A DNA stretch of 64,000 bases from Diplonema japonicum (Eukaryota > Protista > Euglenozoa: Diplonemea): the NCBI GenBank assembly GCA_964019335.1, contig OZ025651.1, positions 124,001 to 188,000 on the forward strand, read 5' to 3'. Each line of letters starts with the position of its first letter. The first letter of the stretch is position 1. The notes beneath the pieces are model-generated. The model did no database searches. It was not told where the DNA came from and saw only the letters and a program-made list of their open reading frames with translations. Below are positions 63,211-64,000 of this stretch, piece after piece. A program made the translations under genes and the position numbers.

Positions 63211-64000
63211 CATAAAAAGGGAGAGAGAGAAGGGGAAGAATATGTGGCAAGAATGGAATTCTGAACGGGCACACACACAATAGAGTTGCATCTGCTCACA
63301 ACTCTATAGACTCTCCAGCTTGCAGTATAGAAAAAGATCATTCGGGAAGCCTTATGATCAGAAAGGGGAAGGCCGAAGTACGTCAACTCACATGGCGGTC
63401 TTAGTCATTGCTTACAAAGAAAAAGAAAAGAAAAAAAGCACTTTTTTTTTTACTGATAGAATGTTCTTATTTGAGTCAAAAAAAAAAAAACGGGGAGGGG
63501 AAGCTGAGAAACCAACAAAGACCGTAACGAAAAAAAAGAGAGAGAGAAATAAAATAAAGTTCACCCTTCCTCTCACAGACAACTTACCGATCTATAATAC
63601 ACATCCCCACCATTCTTTTTTTCTTTCCCCCCGCCTAATTCTTGTTTGTTTCCCCTTAACCACTAAAACCGGACGCCAGAGAGGCGTGCAACGCAAGCTA
63701 AATCTGGGCTAGAATCTCCAGAGGTCACTTCTCCATAAATAAACCACTTTGTATGGTTAAATCCTGCCATTTTTTGAATTTCTTAAGGCCTAAAAGTCCT
63801 AAAGGAAATGGGGGCTGTGGGCTTAGTGGTTAAATAAAAAAGATCTACTTTGAACCTTTTGCTGCATTGTATCTACTCCCCTCCCCCTCCCCCCATCACT
63901 TCTTCTTCTCTAGCTTTAGTTCGAGGCTTGCAAGCTTATTGATGTTCGCGGCAAGCAGGGCTTCAATGTCTATTTTTTATTCTTAAAAACTTTCCTCCGG

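Noticed and set aside
3293-63712. Poly-Lys/poly-Phe/poly-Gly ORFs in spacers, and N-terminal ORF extensions (e.g. 33560-33772, 57177-57329)
   Set aside because: Translations of homopolymer tracts; true starts are ATGs in A-rich context downstream.
1-64000. Stop-codon reassignment or non-canonical introns as the explanation for split ORFs
   Set aside because: TAA, TAG and TGA all terminate well-supported genes, and all split genes are resolved with GT-AG introns.

Overview
Eukaryotic nuclear DNA, most plausibly from a euglenozoan, diplonemid-like protist. This is an inference from co-oriented gene arrays, tiny GT-AG introns, PTPAP surface proteins and KGG repeats. About 21 protein-coding genes all lie on the minus strand, separated by homopolymer-rich (A, T, G and C runs) spacers. 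I reconstructed 12 short GT-AG introns (36-52 nt), several almost purely purine/poly(A), which join ORFs that the ORF track splits. Genes: two bacterial-type cadherin/Ig-like repeat surface proteins, a homocysteine S-methyltransferase with a Pro-rich tail, a C2-GYPPQ-beta-helix protein, two SAM methyltransferases, ribosomal protein eL42, a mucin-like PTPAP protein, the mitochondrial trifunctional enzyme alpha subunit, a 3372-aa protein with four SMP-C2 modules, dephospho-CoA kinase, a mitochondrial KGG-repeat protein, FYVE-PDZ, a dual-specificity phosphatase, vWA-CaaX, EF-hand and zeta-toxin-like kinase genes. A gene-poor block (~41.4-55.6 kb) holds several mobile-element relics. The first is a Crypton-like tyrosine-recombinase element with a T-shaped, GNA-triloop palindromic end, plus a non-coding relative with the same architecture. 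The second is a ~1 kb MITE with an ATAT target-site duplication (TSD). The third is two non-LTR retrotransposon families whose 3' ends abut oligo(T) rather than poly(A). No rRNA, tRNA or CRISPR array was seen.
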